DNA of 64,000 nucleotides from an uncultured Armatimonadetes bacterium (GTDB lineage Bacteria > Armatimonadota > Hebobacteria > Hebobacterales > Hebobacteraceae), in assembly GCA_963716175.1 (NCBI GenBank), contig OY970296.1, positions 3,328,001 to 3,392,000 of the forward strand. Direction: 5' to 3'. The translations under genes and the position numbers were made by a program. The notes under the pieces are model-generated. The model saw only the letters and a list, made by a program, of their open reading frames with translations, searched no databases and had not been told where the DNA came from. This document shows positions 1 through 9,438 of the stretch, one piece after another (within the stretch, counting starts at the first letter, position 1; every line of letters begins with the position of its first letter).

Positions 1-86
1 TCCGCGGCCAACGCCGCCAGCAGCACGACCACCACCACGATGAACAGCGCGCCGGACCGCCGCCGCGCCGGGCCAGCCTTGGTCAT
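1..86 (-). CDS. Partial membrane-anchored/exported protein (runs off window start), next gene of the ModA-like operon
   Basis: ATG at 86 overlaps the TGA of 83..907 (ATGA coupling); translates MTKAGPARRRSGALFIVVVVVLLAALAA, a basic N-terminus plus hydrophobic helix. Confidence 0.65.
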   Translation of the reverse strand, partial: MTKAGPARRRSGALFIVVVVVLLAALAA

Positions 87-907
87 GGTTTCCTCTCCGG
101 GGCCGGGAGCAAGCCGGTGCCAGCCAGTGCCTGGCGCGCTTGCTCGGAGGCCAGAAAATCAACGAACTTCTGGGACGGCTGTCGCTGGCTAGTGCCCTTT
201 AGTATCCCAACCTGGAGCCGCACCGGCGGGTAAGACTCTCGCGGGAACTTGGCCACCACGCGCAGATCCGACTTGGAGGCCTTATCCGGCGCCGTCTCCA
301 GGGGACAGGTGAGATAGGTGATGCCCGCGTCCACCTGGCCTTGGCTCACCAGCTTCACCGCCTCCAGCGGATACTCCCGCAGGCGAAGCTTGCTCTGGAG
401 TGGATCCCAAAGTTTCAGCGACCGCAGCGCCTGCTCGCCATAGAAGCCAATGGAGTTGAACCTGGGGTCCCCCATGCTGATGTACTTGATGCCGGGCTTG
501 GCGAGATCGGCCAGAGTCTCCAGACCCTTGGTCTTGCTGGGGGCGAACACCACGATATCGAGAGAGCCGAAATCCCGCACCGTGCCGGTGTCGATGTACC
601 CCTCCTCCCCGAGCTGGCGCATCTCCAGCTCGCCGGGCGAGATGAAGACATCGGGCCGCTCTCCCTTGCGCACCCTCCGCACCAGCACATTGGCGTTATC
701 GAATACCACCTCCAAGCGAATCTCCGGGTGGGCCTTGCGGAAGATGGCGGTGCCCACGTTCAGGGGCCCGGTCATCCCGCAGGGCGCGAACACCAGCACC
801 GCGTTCGGCGCCGCCGCCTGCCGCTGCCGGGCGCGGCCAATCACCAGTCCGCCCACTGCCACCACCGCCGCCAGCAGCAGGATGATGCTGAACTGCGAAC
901 GGCTCAT
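83..907 (-). CDS. ModA-like ABC substrate-binding protein (atypical, Cys-substituted binding site)
   Basis: Signal anchor; ModA-fold motifs DVFIS, GDP...G.Y..QAL, V..G.VDAGI.Y, KFVDFL.S; canonical AAS/SS/YxSD replaced by PCG/NA/YLTC. Confidence 0.85.
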   Translation of the reverse strand: MSRSQFSIILLLAAVVAVGGLVIGRARQRQAAAPNAVLVFAPCGMTGPLNVGTAIFRKAHPEIRLEVVFDNANVLVRRVRKGERPDVFISPGELEMRQLGEEGYIDTGTVRDFGSLDIVVFAPSKTKGLETLADLAKPGIKYISMGDPRFNSIGFYGEQALRSLKLWDPLQSKLRLREYPLEAVKLVSQGQVDAGITYLTCPLETAPDKASKSDLRVVAKFPRESYPPVRLQVGILKGTSQRQPSQKFVDFLASEQARQALAGTGLLPAPERKP

Positions 908-1822
908 ATCCCGGCCCGCTTCGCACCCATCGGGCTCACCTCTTGCTGGGGCCCCCAGGGCCCAGGGGTGAGCGGGAGATTGCGGTCATTGCGCATGCGG
1001 TTCTCAGCCATGAACTTGATGGTCTCCGGGGAGGTGAGGAAGGTGAGGAACTCCTCCGCGAGCGCCCGCTTCTTCGTCGTCTTCAAGATGCCGACGACAT
1101 TGCGTGGCACGTAGAAGGTGTCGCTGGGGAAGTTGCAGGCGAATAGCACCTTCTGCTTCTCCGCAGTCTCCGCCGTCTTGGGGTCCAGCGGGCAGCCCAG
1201 GAACTGTACGTTCGCCTGGGCCCGGCCGTCCAGGATCCACTTGAAGGAGGACATGCAGCAGCCGGTCACCTTCATCTTGGGCTTCAGCTTCTCCCACAGC
1301 CCCAGGTTCTCCAATGACTGTCGCGCGGCGTAGCAGGCCGCGTTCAAGTCCGGGTCGGAGATCGAGATTGCTTTCACCTCCGGGTTGAGCAAGTCCGCAA
1401 GCTTCTTGATCCCGGCCCGGGTTGGCCTTGGGCACCAGTATCGCCAGATCGTAGCTGCCAAAGGCCACCTGCGTCGTCCCGTCTATGAAGCCCTTCTGCC
1501 GGAGCACCTCGATTTCGTGTCCACCCGGAGACATGAAGATGTCTGGCTTGTCCGCGTTCTCTTGCACCGCTTGCACCATCGCCTCCGGGGTGTCCACCAG
1601 CATCGGGAACTCGACATTGGGGTGGCTGACCTGGAACTTCTCGATCGCCTTCGAAATCGGCAGAAACAGGCCCTGCGGCACCGCCAGGTAGAGGGTCTGC
1701 TTCTGGGAGGCCGCCTTGCCCTCGGCCCCGCCCGCGGCGGTCACCCCGCTCTGAGCGCGCCAGGCGAAGATCGCCCCCGCCGCCACCAGGACCACCAGCA
1801 CGATGATGATCACAGCTCTCAT
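904..1822 (-). CDS. Second ModA-like substrate-binding protein, Cys-rich; +1 frameshift near 1417
   Basis: N-half in ORF 1004..1822 (KPDIFMSPG...LVPKANP) continues in ORF 904..1461 (AGIKKLADLL...ISDPDLNAAC...GCCM...FLGCP); removing one base in the C run at about 1416-1418 joins them. Confidence 0.8.
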
Positions 1823-1851
1823 GTTCTGACCTCCGAGTCCTTACCCCAGCT

Positions 1852-2349
1852 TCATCCAGGTCCGGCCGCGCCGCCCCGCGCGGCCGCCTTCCCCAGCTCC
1901 TTCAGCATCACCTGATGGGGCACCGCCCCTCGCACCCGGCCAATCTCCTTGCCGCCGCTCTCCAGGAAGACCACCGTCGGGTAGCCGCTGACCTCGAGCT
2001 GCCGCTTCAGCTCCGGCTGCCTGTCCCCGTCCACTCGCACCGGCACGAAGGCGCTGCTGGCCGCGACCACGTCAGGGCGGGAGAGCACCTCCTCCTCCAG
2101 GCGCTTGCAGGCAGAACAGCCAACGGTTGATACCTCGACCATCAAGGGCTTGTTCTCCGCGCGCGCCCGGCCCATGGCTTGCTGGTAATCGCTCAGCCAC
2201 GCGATGTGTGGCGAGCCTGCGGCAGTCCCGCCCGGCTGGACAGTAGTTGCGGAGGGGCGGGTGCAGCCGAAGGCCAGAGCCGACAGGGCGGTTATCACCG
2301 CCCACTTCCCAACTCGCACCATCGCTGTCCCGGCGCGGCTCACGGCCAT
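1852..2349 (-). CDS. Lipoprotein thioredoxin-family protein
   Basis: Lipobox LAFGC; W...Y..A...A....KP..V, CSAC active site, cis-Pro loop GYPT; start could also be 2322. Confidence 0.85.
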   Translation of the reverse strand: MAVSRAGTAMVRVGKWAVITALSALAFGCTRPSATTVQPGGTAAGSPHIAWLSDYQQAMGRARAENKPLMVEVSTVGCSACKRLEEEVLSRPDVVAASSAFVPVRVDGDRQPELKRQLEVSGYPTVVFLESGGKEIGRVRGAVPHQVMLKELGKAAARGGAAGPG

Positions 2350-2523
2350 CAACCTCAACCCCCTCGCCCGCTCCCGCGAGCGAGCCTCAGATATCATAGG
2401 GGACAAGTGTGAAACTTCTGTGTCAAATGCAGGGGGGTTGGCCGAACACGCCGCGGCCGCTTGCCACACCGCACGCCCGTTCCCTCCTGGGCGACCGCGC
2501 CCCCGGGCCGCGATCTTCTGCCG

Positions 2524-3084
2524 TCACTCCGGGGGTTTGCCTTCTCCCTTGCCAGGGGAGGCGGCAGGCTTCGCCTTCCCCTGAGAGGAGGCGGGCGCCT
2601 TCGTCTTCGCCACCGCGGCCGCGGGCAGCTTCTCGGTTCTCTTCAGGCTCAGCTCTTTGCCGCCCCGGCTTACCACCACGGTGATCGGCTTGCCCCCGGT
2701 CTGCAGCTCGTCAATCGCGGTGATGATAGCATCTCGAATCCCCTGCTTGGCGCCATTGCACTCCATGATCACATCGCCCGGCTTGACTCCGATCACCTCC
2801 AGAGGAGAGGAACCAGCAGATCCCTCGAAGCCATCCACCTTGAACCCGCGCGGCGATGAGCTCCGGCTGAATCGGATACCGAGCGCGCTGCTCTGCGACG
2901 TTCCCCCGCCGCCCCCTCCTCGCCTCATTGCCATGCCGCCCCCTCTGCCCGCTCCCCTGCGGGCCATCATGGGCGCCGTCTGGCGCGGCGGCTCCTGCAT
3001 GCGGCGGCTGAACACCATGGCCACCAATATCAGGGCTATGATCAACGCCAACACCGCGATGATCGGATGGACCCGCTTAGTCAT
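2524..3084 (-). CDS. Membrane-anchored PDZ-domain protein
   Basis: N-terminal TM helix, Gly/Arg linker, ALGIRF...SPLEVIGVKPGDVIMECNG PDZ signature; GAGAGGAG RBS before ATG 3084. Confidence 0.75.
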   Translation of the reverse strand: MTKRVHPIIAVLALIIALILVAMVFSRRMQEPPRQTAPMMARRGAGRGGGMAMRRGGGGGGTSQSSALGIRFSRSSSPRGFKVDGFEGSAGSSPLEVIGVKPGDVIMECNGAKQGIRDAIITAIDELQTGGKPITVVVSRGGKELSLKRTEKLPAAAVAKTKAPASSQGKAKPAASPGKGEGKPPE

Positions 3085-3245
3085 GCCCCTGCTCCTCTCA
3101 GCTATAGCCGTATCGGCGCTCGGCATCAGTCGGGATTCGTGCTTCGGCTTCGGGAGGCAGATTCGCCGGTAGCCGCCAGGCCTCCTGCCCCGGACGGCAG
3201 GGGAGGAGAGTGAGAGCAGAGAAAACGCTCCCGGTCCTGGGGGTC

Positions 3246-4115
3246 ATGCTCGAACACGTCGAATGCCCGCGCTGTCACGCGCCCAATCTGAAGGCGGAGG
3301 TGATCTGCTTTGCCTGCGGCGCCTCCCTCCGCGCGCTCCCCAAGCACTTGCGGCCTGCGCTCGCGCCGGTGCCGTGGTTGCTCTGGGTGGGCCTGCTGCT
3401 GGGCCTGGTGGTGATCGGCTTCGTGGGCTGGCACATCGCGGGCTGGCTCGCCGGTTACCGGCTGCGCGGGGCGATGCCCTCGTGGTACTTCCCGGCCGCC
3501 GGGGCCGCTTTGCTGGTGGCCGGGCAAGTGGGCTTCGCGGAAGCGCGCCGCATTGATCGGAGATGGTGGGGCTTGAAGCGCGCCCCGCGGTTGCCTCTGG
3601 CCCAGGTCCACACCGGGGATAGTGTGTGGGTGCGGGGGAACCTGACCTGCGACTCTCCGCTGGTGGCCCCGTACACTGCCCAGGAGTGTGCTTACTACCG
3701 GTCCATCCTCCAGGAGCGGCCAGAGGATCGCGCCACCTGGCAGACCAAGGAGCGGGATAGCAACTCCGTGGACTTCAACGTGGAGGAGGGCGGCAGATCC
3801 ATCTACGTCCCGTCCGGCGGGGTGCTCTTCGACGCTGCCTTGTACGCCGAGAGCATGCTCGCGGATAACCTTCGGGTCAAGGTCTGGGCGCTGCCGGTGG
3901 GGCTGCCAGTCAGCGTCTGTGGGCAGGTGGCCGGCGAGAGCGACCATCCCAGGGCGGATGCCCTCGGCGAAGATCTCCCGGTCGTCGCCACCTGGCGGGA
4001 GCCCGCGGACTACGTGGCCCTCACCGCGCGGCGAGCCAGGCTGGCCCTGTGGGCCGGGTGGGCGTTCACGGCCCTCGGCGGCCTGGCCTTGATCGCGAGC
4101 GTCGCGCGAGTGTAG
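3246..4115 (+). CDS. Zinc-ribbon / TM / GIDE(BAM)-like domain membrane protein
   Basis: CPRC-x10-CFAC, two TM helices, then VRG...PLVAPYT..EC.YY...F.VE.GG.SI.V resembling the GIDE domain, C-terminal TM helix. Confidence 0.65.
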   Translation: MLEHVECPRCHAPNLKAEVICFACGASLRALPKHLRPALAPVPWLLWVGLLLGLVVIGFVGWHIAGWLAGYRLRGAMPSWYFPAAGAALLVAGQVGFAEARRIDRRWWGLKRAPRLPLAQVHTGDSVWVRGNLTCDSPLVAPYTAQECAYYRSILQERPEDRATWQTKERDSNSVDFNVEEGGRSIYVPSGGVLFDAALYAESMLADNLRVKVWALPVGLPVSVCGQVAGESDHPRADALGEDLPVVATWREPADYVALTARRARLALWAGWAFTALGGLALIASVARV

Positions 4116-4170
4116 AGCTGGAGGGCGCGCGTGGGAGCCCCGTCCTCGGGCCGGTTCCGGCGACACGCGG

Positions 4171-4303
4171 CTAGAGCGCATTTCATAGCCTAACTGCTGG
4201 CTGGCCGCACCACGCGCTCGCATGAAATGCGCCTGCCACTGCCTGAGGTGGTGCAGTGCTGTTTCATAGCCTCCCCTGGGAAGGTTATGAAACAGCTTCC
4301 AAG
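4171..4303. mobile_element. MITE family A, copy 1 (about 133 bp, double hairpin)
   Basis: Near-identical to 28831..28966; imperfect terminal IRs CTAGAGCGCATTTCATA / TATGAAACAGCTTC; no transposase. Confidence 0.75.
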
Positions 4304-4313
4304 GAGAACTGCG

Positions 4314-4697
4314 ATGCTCATCGAGTACGCGGGCGGCATGAAGCTGATCGCCCGCCACCGCGGCCTGGAGATGATCACCGACCAGGTCAAGGAGCAAGGC
4401 GGAGAAAACAGCGCCCTGACCCCGACCGAGGCTTTTGTGGCCGCGCTCGGGACCTGCGTCGGGGTCTACGTCCTGAACTTCGCCAAGCGGCACCACATCC
4501 CGGTCGAGGGGATGAAGATCGAGGTTGACTACACTTACGGCGAGAAGCCCCGCCGCATCGCCTCAGTACAGATTCGCGTGAAAATGCCCCAGCCGGTGAG
4601 CGAGCAATACCGGGTGGCGCTCCAGAGAGCGGCCGAGCAGTGCCTGGTGCACAACTCGCTGCGCCAGCCCCCGGAGGTCACGATCACGCTGAGCTAG
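4314..4697 (+). CDS. OsmC/YhfA family protein
   Basis: DQ....GG....TP.E..VAALGTC and AEQCLVHNSL two-Cys OsmC pattern; AAGGAG RBS. Confidence 0.9.
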   Translation: MLIEYAGGMKLIARHRGLEMITDQVKEQGGENSALTPTEAFVAALGTCVGVYVLNFAKRHHIPVEGMKIEVDYTYGEKPRRIASVQIRVKMPQPVSEQYRVALQRAAEQCLVHNSLRQPPEVTITLS

Positions 4698-4732
4698 CAG
4701 TAGGTAGCCGGCTGCGCCCCGGCCTTCTGCTG

Positions 4733-6121
4733 CTAGCTCCCTTTCGGATCGCAGGAGGCAAGCTCGGGGACAAACTGGCGGGCCAGCGCTTCCATCTCGG
4801 GATTCGACATGGGCGTGGTGCGGCCGGCGTCGTATTCCTTGGCGATGCATTCGGCGATCCGGGCAATCCCGGGATGGGATTTCTCGATCCCCTGCTCCGG
4901 CCCCAACTCGAAATAGGAGTTGATCCAGTGCGCGATCCCGGCCGTCCCGGAGGTATCGGTGATGGCCACCGCCACCGGGCGGTTGAGGAGCGCGTCGGTG
5001 TCGAAGATGTTGTAGATCTCCTCGTCCTTGAGCAGACCGTCGGCGTGGATGCCGGCGCGGGTGACGTTGAAGTCCTTGCCCACGAAGGGCTGGTTGGCTG
5101 GGATGGGGTGCCCGCACTCCCGCTGCATGTACTCGGCGATCTCGGTCAGCACCTGGGGCCGCATTCCGCTATCCGTCCCGCGCAGGCCCATGTACTCGAA
5201 CACCAGGCCCTCGATGGGGGCATTGCCGGTGCGCTCCCCGATGCCCAGCACCGTGCCGTTCGCGGCCGCGCAGCCATACAGCCAGGCGCTGGCCGCGTTC
5301 ACCAGCACCTTGTAGAAATCATTGTGCCCATGCCACTCCAGCCACTCGCTGGGCACCCCCGCGTGGTGCACCAGCCCGTAGACGATGCCCTGCACGCTCC
5401 GTGGCATGGAGGCTCCGGGGTAGGTCACCCCATAGCCCAGAGTGTCGCAGGCCCGCACCTTCACTGGCAACTTCGCCTGCTCGGCCAGCCGCATCAGCTC
5501 CTGCACGAAGGGCACCACGAACCCGTAGAAATCCGCCCGGGTGATGTCCTCCAGGTGGCAGCGCGGGGTCACGCCCGCCTCCAGCGCCGCCCGCACGATG
5601 CCAAGATAGTCATCCATCGCCTGGCGCCGGGTCTTGCGCAGCTTCAGGTAGATGTGGTAGTCCGACACCGAGGTCAGGATCCCCGTCTCCTGCAGCCCCA
5701 TCTGCCGCACCAGCTTGAAGTCCTCTTTGTGGGCGCGAATCCAGCCGGTGATCTCGGGATAGCGGAACCCCTGCTCCAGACAGGCCGCCACCGCCTTCTT
5801 GTGGTTGTTGGAGTAGAGGAAGAACTCGCAGGAGCGGATCACCCCGTTGGGGCCGCCCAGCCGATGGAGCATGGTGTACAGGTCCACGATCTGCTGCACC
5901 GTGAAGGGCGGACGCGACTGCTGTCCATCCCGGAAGGTGGTGTCCGTGATCCAGATCTCGTCCGGCGGCTCCATGGGCACATGCCGGTGGTTGAACGGGA
6001 TCTTCGGCGGCTGAATGTAGGGGAAGGTCTCGCGGAACAGGTTGGGCTGCGCGGTCTCCTGCAGCTCATAGTGGTAGGTCTCCTGCTCCAGGGTGTTGCG
6101 CCGTTTGTTGAACGAGATCAT
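4733..6121 (-). CDS. Re-citrate synthase (DRE-TIM / LeuA-like family)
   Basis: ITDTTFRDGQQ, EFFLYS, ETGILTSVSDYHI, RCHLEDITRAD, EWHGHNDF, GIGERTGN, AGIHADG; PNLFRE.FPY N-terminus typical of the Syntrophus/clostridial Re-citrate synthase clade; no LeuA regulatory domain. Confidence 0.8.
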   Translation of the reverse strand: MISFNKRRNTLEQETYHYELQETAQPNLFRETFPYIQPPKIPFNHRHVPMEPPDEIWITDTTFRDGQQSRPPFTVQQIVDLYTMLHRLGGPNGVIRSCEFFLYSNNHKKAVAACLEQGFRYPEITGWIRAHKEDFKLVRQMGLQETGILTSVSDYHIYLKLRKTRRQAMDDYLGIVRAALEAGVTPRCHLEDITRADFYGFVVPFVQELMRLAEQAKLPVKVRACDTLGYGVTYPGASMPRSVQGIVYGLVHHAGVPSEWLEWHGHNDFYKVLVNAASAWLYGCAAANGTVLGIGERTGNAPIEGLVFEYMGLRGTDSGMRPQVLTEIAEYMQRECGHPIPANQPFVGKDFNVTRAGIHADGLLKDEEIYNIFDTDALLNRPVAVAITDTSGTAGIAHWINSYFELGPEQGIEKSHPGIARIAECIAKEYDAGRTTPMSNPEMEALARQFVPELASCDPKGS

Positions 6122-6212
6122 GGAATCCGCTCCTCGCGCGGCAACCAGGCCGCGACAGAAAGCTTACCTGAAACCAGCGGGTCCTGTCCAGAACCGGGGG
6201 CGGCGGGTGCGC

Positions 6213-6926
6213 TCAGTAGCGCGGCGCCTTGGCGGGCATGGGGAAAGCGACGGAGGCCTCCAACTGCTCGTCCTGCACCACGAGGCTGAGGCTGCTGACT
6301 TCCGGGCCAATCGGCGGGAATCCCGGGCTCCCCTGAATCGGGAAGTGCATATCATAGCCGTAGAGGGCCGAGGGCAGAGTATCGGGGGCATCCAGGGCCG
6401 TCGCCACATCTCGCAGGTAGACTGGCGCGTCTACCGAGAGGGGAGGATAGGACTGACCGCTGCTGGTCCGCATCAGGAAGCGGACGGAGCTGGGATCATA
6501 CCCCCTCTGGATCTGCAGCACGAGCGAGAACCCCACCTCCCGCTCCGCCTGTCTGCGCGCGTTGCGCGCCGCCCGATTCACCGCGTCGTCGCTGCGATCA
6601 TTCTGCTTGGCGATGGCGAAGGCGATCTCATCCTGAGGCCAGCAGCAGGCCGCTTCCCGGATGGTGACCTGGGGTGTCACCCGCAGCGGCTGCTGCAAGC
6701 TGAACCTGAAGGCCTTGTAGGGATCGCCTCCGACCAGGCTCCGCCCTCGCTCCACCGCCCGCTGGTAGTCCTCCTGCTCCAGGCGGAGCGCCGGGTTGAG
6801 TGCGTCCTGACTGCTGCAGCCGGGGCTCAGCAGCGCGGCCAGACCCAGGGCCAGCGCGGAACAACGCGACAGCCACCGCCCTGCCTGCCACCGGCCGCCC
6901 AACCTCCCGCCGCGCGACCAGCGCAC
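6213..6926 (-). CDS. Hypothetical lipoprotein
   Basis: GGAGG RBS, basic N-terminus, hydrophobic stretch and LSPGC lipobox-like motif; codon usage is gene-like. Confidence 0.65.
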   Translation of the reverse strand: MRWSRGGRLGGRWQAGRWLSRCSALALGLAALLSPGCSSQDALNPALRLEQEDYQRAVERGRSLVGGDPYKAFRFSLQQPLRVTPQVTIREAACCWPQDEIAFAIAKQNDRSDDAVNRAARNARRQAEREVGFSLVLQIQRGYDPSSVRFLMRTSSGQSYPPLSVDAPVYLRDVATALDAPDTLPSALYGYDMHFPIQGSPGFPPIGPEVSSLSLVVQDEQLEASVAFPMPAKAPRY

Positions 6927-7053
6927 TCCTAGCCTCCGTTCCCCTCAGCACGCCGTCCTCGCGCGATACTACCAAAGCCCGCCGCCGAAGTCAACGCGGC
7001 CGCGGCATTGCTTGCACCGGCAGAGCGCCTCCTGGCGCCATCCGGCTTCCGCG

Positions 7054-7797
7054 CTAGGCGGCGTACTTCGCCCCGAAGGGCCGGTGCGAGACCGGCGCCA
7101 CCCGCACGAATCCGTCCCCTAGCAGGTTCTCCAGATCGAAGTCGAAGGCCTCAGCGAAGGCCGCCAGGTGGGGCCGGAGGCGGGCCCGCTCGCTCTCCTG
7201 CGCCGGCGCCAGCGCCGCGAACTCGGTGGCGATCTGGTTTGGGTCCACCTCCCCCCGCAGGTAGATCTCCCCCCCGTGCATGCCGGTGGCGCACCAATCC
7301 CCGACCAGGGGCTCGCCCTTCCTGCGACCCAGCCCGAGCACGACCAGCAGGCCCCCGGCCATGTACTCCCCCAGGAAATCCCCGGCCACGCCACCGGCGA
7401 TCACCACCGGCCGGCGGTCGCGGAAGGCCTTCATGTGAATGCCCACCCGGTAGCCCACAGGGCCGCGCACGAACACCTCGCCCCCTCGCATTCCATATCC
7501 CAGCACATCGCCGGCGTGACCGTGGACGATGATGCGGCCCGCGTTCATGGTGTTGCCCACCCCGTCCTGGGCGTTACCATGCACCCGGATGGTGGGGCCG
7601 TCCATGAATGCCCCCAGGTCATTGCCCGGGACGCCGTGGATATCGAGGGTGATCTCGCCGCTGATCCCATCGGCCAGGTAACGCTGGCCATTCACATGCA
7701 CCAGCTCCAGCTTCTTCTCTCCCGCGGCCACCGCCTCGCGGATGCGCGCGTTGAGTTCCCGGTAGTGCATGTTCGCTGCGTCTATCCGCACTGCCAT
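7054..7797 (-). CDS. Glutamate synthase GXGXG subunit (GltB3-type)
   Basis: Repeated G..G..M.GG beta-helix motifs (GNDLGAFMDG, GDFLGEYMAGG, CATGMHGG). Confidence 0.9.
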   Translation of the reverse strand: MAVRIDAANMHYRELNARIREAVAAGEKKLELVHVNGQRYLADGISGEITLDIHGVPGNDLGAFMDGPTIRVHGNAQDGVGNTMNAGRIIVHGHAGDVLGYGMRGGEVFVRGPVGYRVGIHMKAFRDRRPVVIAGGVAGDFLGEYMAGGLLVVLGLGRRKGEPLVGDWCATGMHGGEIYLRGEVDPNQIATEFAALAPAQESERARLRPHLAAFAEAFDFDLENLLGDGFVRVAPVSHRPFGAKYAA

Positions 7798-7858
7798 GCT
7801 CTCCCGTCCCTTCCGCAAGCGATGGGACACAGGCTGGGAGCCTGTGCCACCCGGCTGG

Positions 7859-9438
7859 TCAGGCGCCTACGCCCGCCGGCTTCACGCCCAATATCTGGCA
7901 GGTCCGTTCATCCAGGCCCACCGCGCGCAGCCGCTCCCGGCTGCCCCGCAGACTCTCGATGGCGTTGACTCCCATCGCTCCCAGGATCTCCTCCAGCTCG
8001 GCGCTCCACGCCCGCACCAGGTTCATCAGCCGCTGGGATCCCAGGTAGGGATCGAGGCGGCGGGTCAGCGCCGGGTCCTGGGTGGTGATCCCCCAGGAGC
8101 AGCGGCCGGTGTAGCACCTCTGGCAGAGGGTGCAGCCCAGCGCCAGCAGGGCCGCGGTGCCGACCGCCACCGCGTCCGCGCCCAGGGCGATGGCCTTGGC
8201 GGCATCGGCGCTGGAGCGGATCCCGCCGGCCGCGATCAGGGAGGCCTGATTGCGGATGCCCTCTTCCCGCAGCTGTTGATCCACCACCGCCACCGCGATC
8301 TCGATGGGGATGCCCAGGTGATCGCGAATGGTGGTGGGGGCGGCGCCGGTGCCGCCGCGGAAGCCGTCCAGGTAGATGATGTCGGCCCCGGCGCGGACGA
8401 TGCCGCTGGCGATGGCGGCCACATTGTGCACCGCCGCGATCTTCACCGAGATCGGCTTCTGGTAATCGGTCGCCTCCTTCAGCGCATAGATCAGCTGGCG
8501 CAGGTCCTCGATGGAGTAGATGTCGTGCTGCGGCGCCGGGGAGAGGGCGTCGCTGCCCGCCGGTATCATCCGGGTCTCGGAGATCGCCTGCGACACTTTT
8601 TCACCGGGGAGATGGCCGCCGATGCCCGGCTTGGCCCCCTGTCCGATCTTGATCTCCACCGCCGCGCCCGCGTTCAGGTAATCGGCGTGCACCCCGAAGC
8701 GCCCGGAGGCGCACTGCACGAAGGCGCGGTGAGCATAGGGGCTCAGCTCCGGGTGCAGCCCGCCCTCGCCGGTGTTCCACAGGATGCCGCACTCCCGCGC
8801 CGCCATCGCGAGCGCCTTCTGCGCGGGCAGGCTGATGGAACCATAGGACATGGCGGCGAAGAGCAAGGGAGTCTCGAGCTGGAGGGATGGGGCCAGCTCT
8901 CCGGACAACTGCGGCTCTCCATCTCGCCAGGTGAGGGGGCGCGATCGGGCTTGCTCCCCAGAAAGGTCCGCAGCTCCATCGGCTCCCGCAGCGGGTCAAT
9001 GGGGGGATTGGTCACCTGGCAGGCGTCCAGCACCAGGTTGTCCCAGAGCACGGGGTAGGGGAGGTCATTGCCCATCGCCGCCAGCAGCACCCCACCGGTC
9101 TCGGCCTGCAGCCAGATGTTGCGCCGGTGCGCCTCCGTCCACAGCGGATGGGGGCGGAAGTACTGCGGGTTGGGCCGAATGGTGATCGCCTGCTGCGGGC
9201 AAAAGGCCTCGCAGCGATGGCAGCCGACGCACTTGGCGGGATCGACTACGGGCCCGTCCTCCCACGAGATCGCCAGGAATCCGCACTGCTGCACGCACCG
9301 CTTGCAGCGGGCGCACCGCTCCGCATCGTTCTCCCACCGGAAATCGTGAGGCTGGTAGATGGGCACCCGCGCGCTGCGCGCCCGCCGCGTTGCCACCATC
9401 GCCGCCGTGCCCTGTCGGCTGCCAGATGAACTGCTCAC
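7859..9438 (-). CDS. Glutamate synthase FMN-binding subunit with N-terminal 2x[4Fe-4S] (GltB2-type); -1 frameshift near 8937
   Basis: CARCKRC..C and CVGCHRC..CP; AMSYGSIS, NTGEGG, QCASGRFG, EIKIGQGAKPGIGGHLPGEKV, GCTLCQRCYTGRC.WGI; halves 8743..9438 and 7859..8908 join by adding one base to the G5 run at 8935-8939. Confidence 0.88.

Noticed and set aside
83-2349. Selenocysteine recoding in the Cys-rich binding proteins or thioredoxin
   Set aside because: No in-frame TGA at catalytic or ligand positions; breaks are frameshifts, not UGA codons
4733-6121. 2-isopropylmalate synthase (leuA)
   Set aside because: Lacks the LeuA allosteric domain and carries Re-citrate-synthase-clade motifs; not linked to leuB
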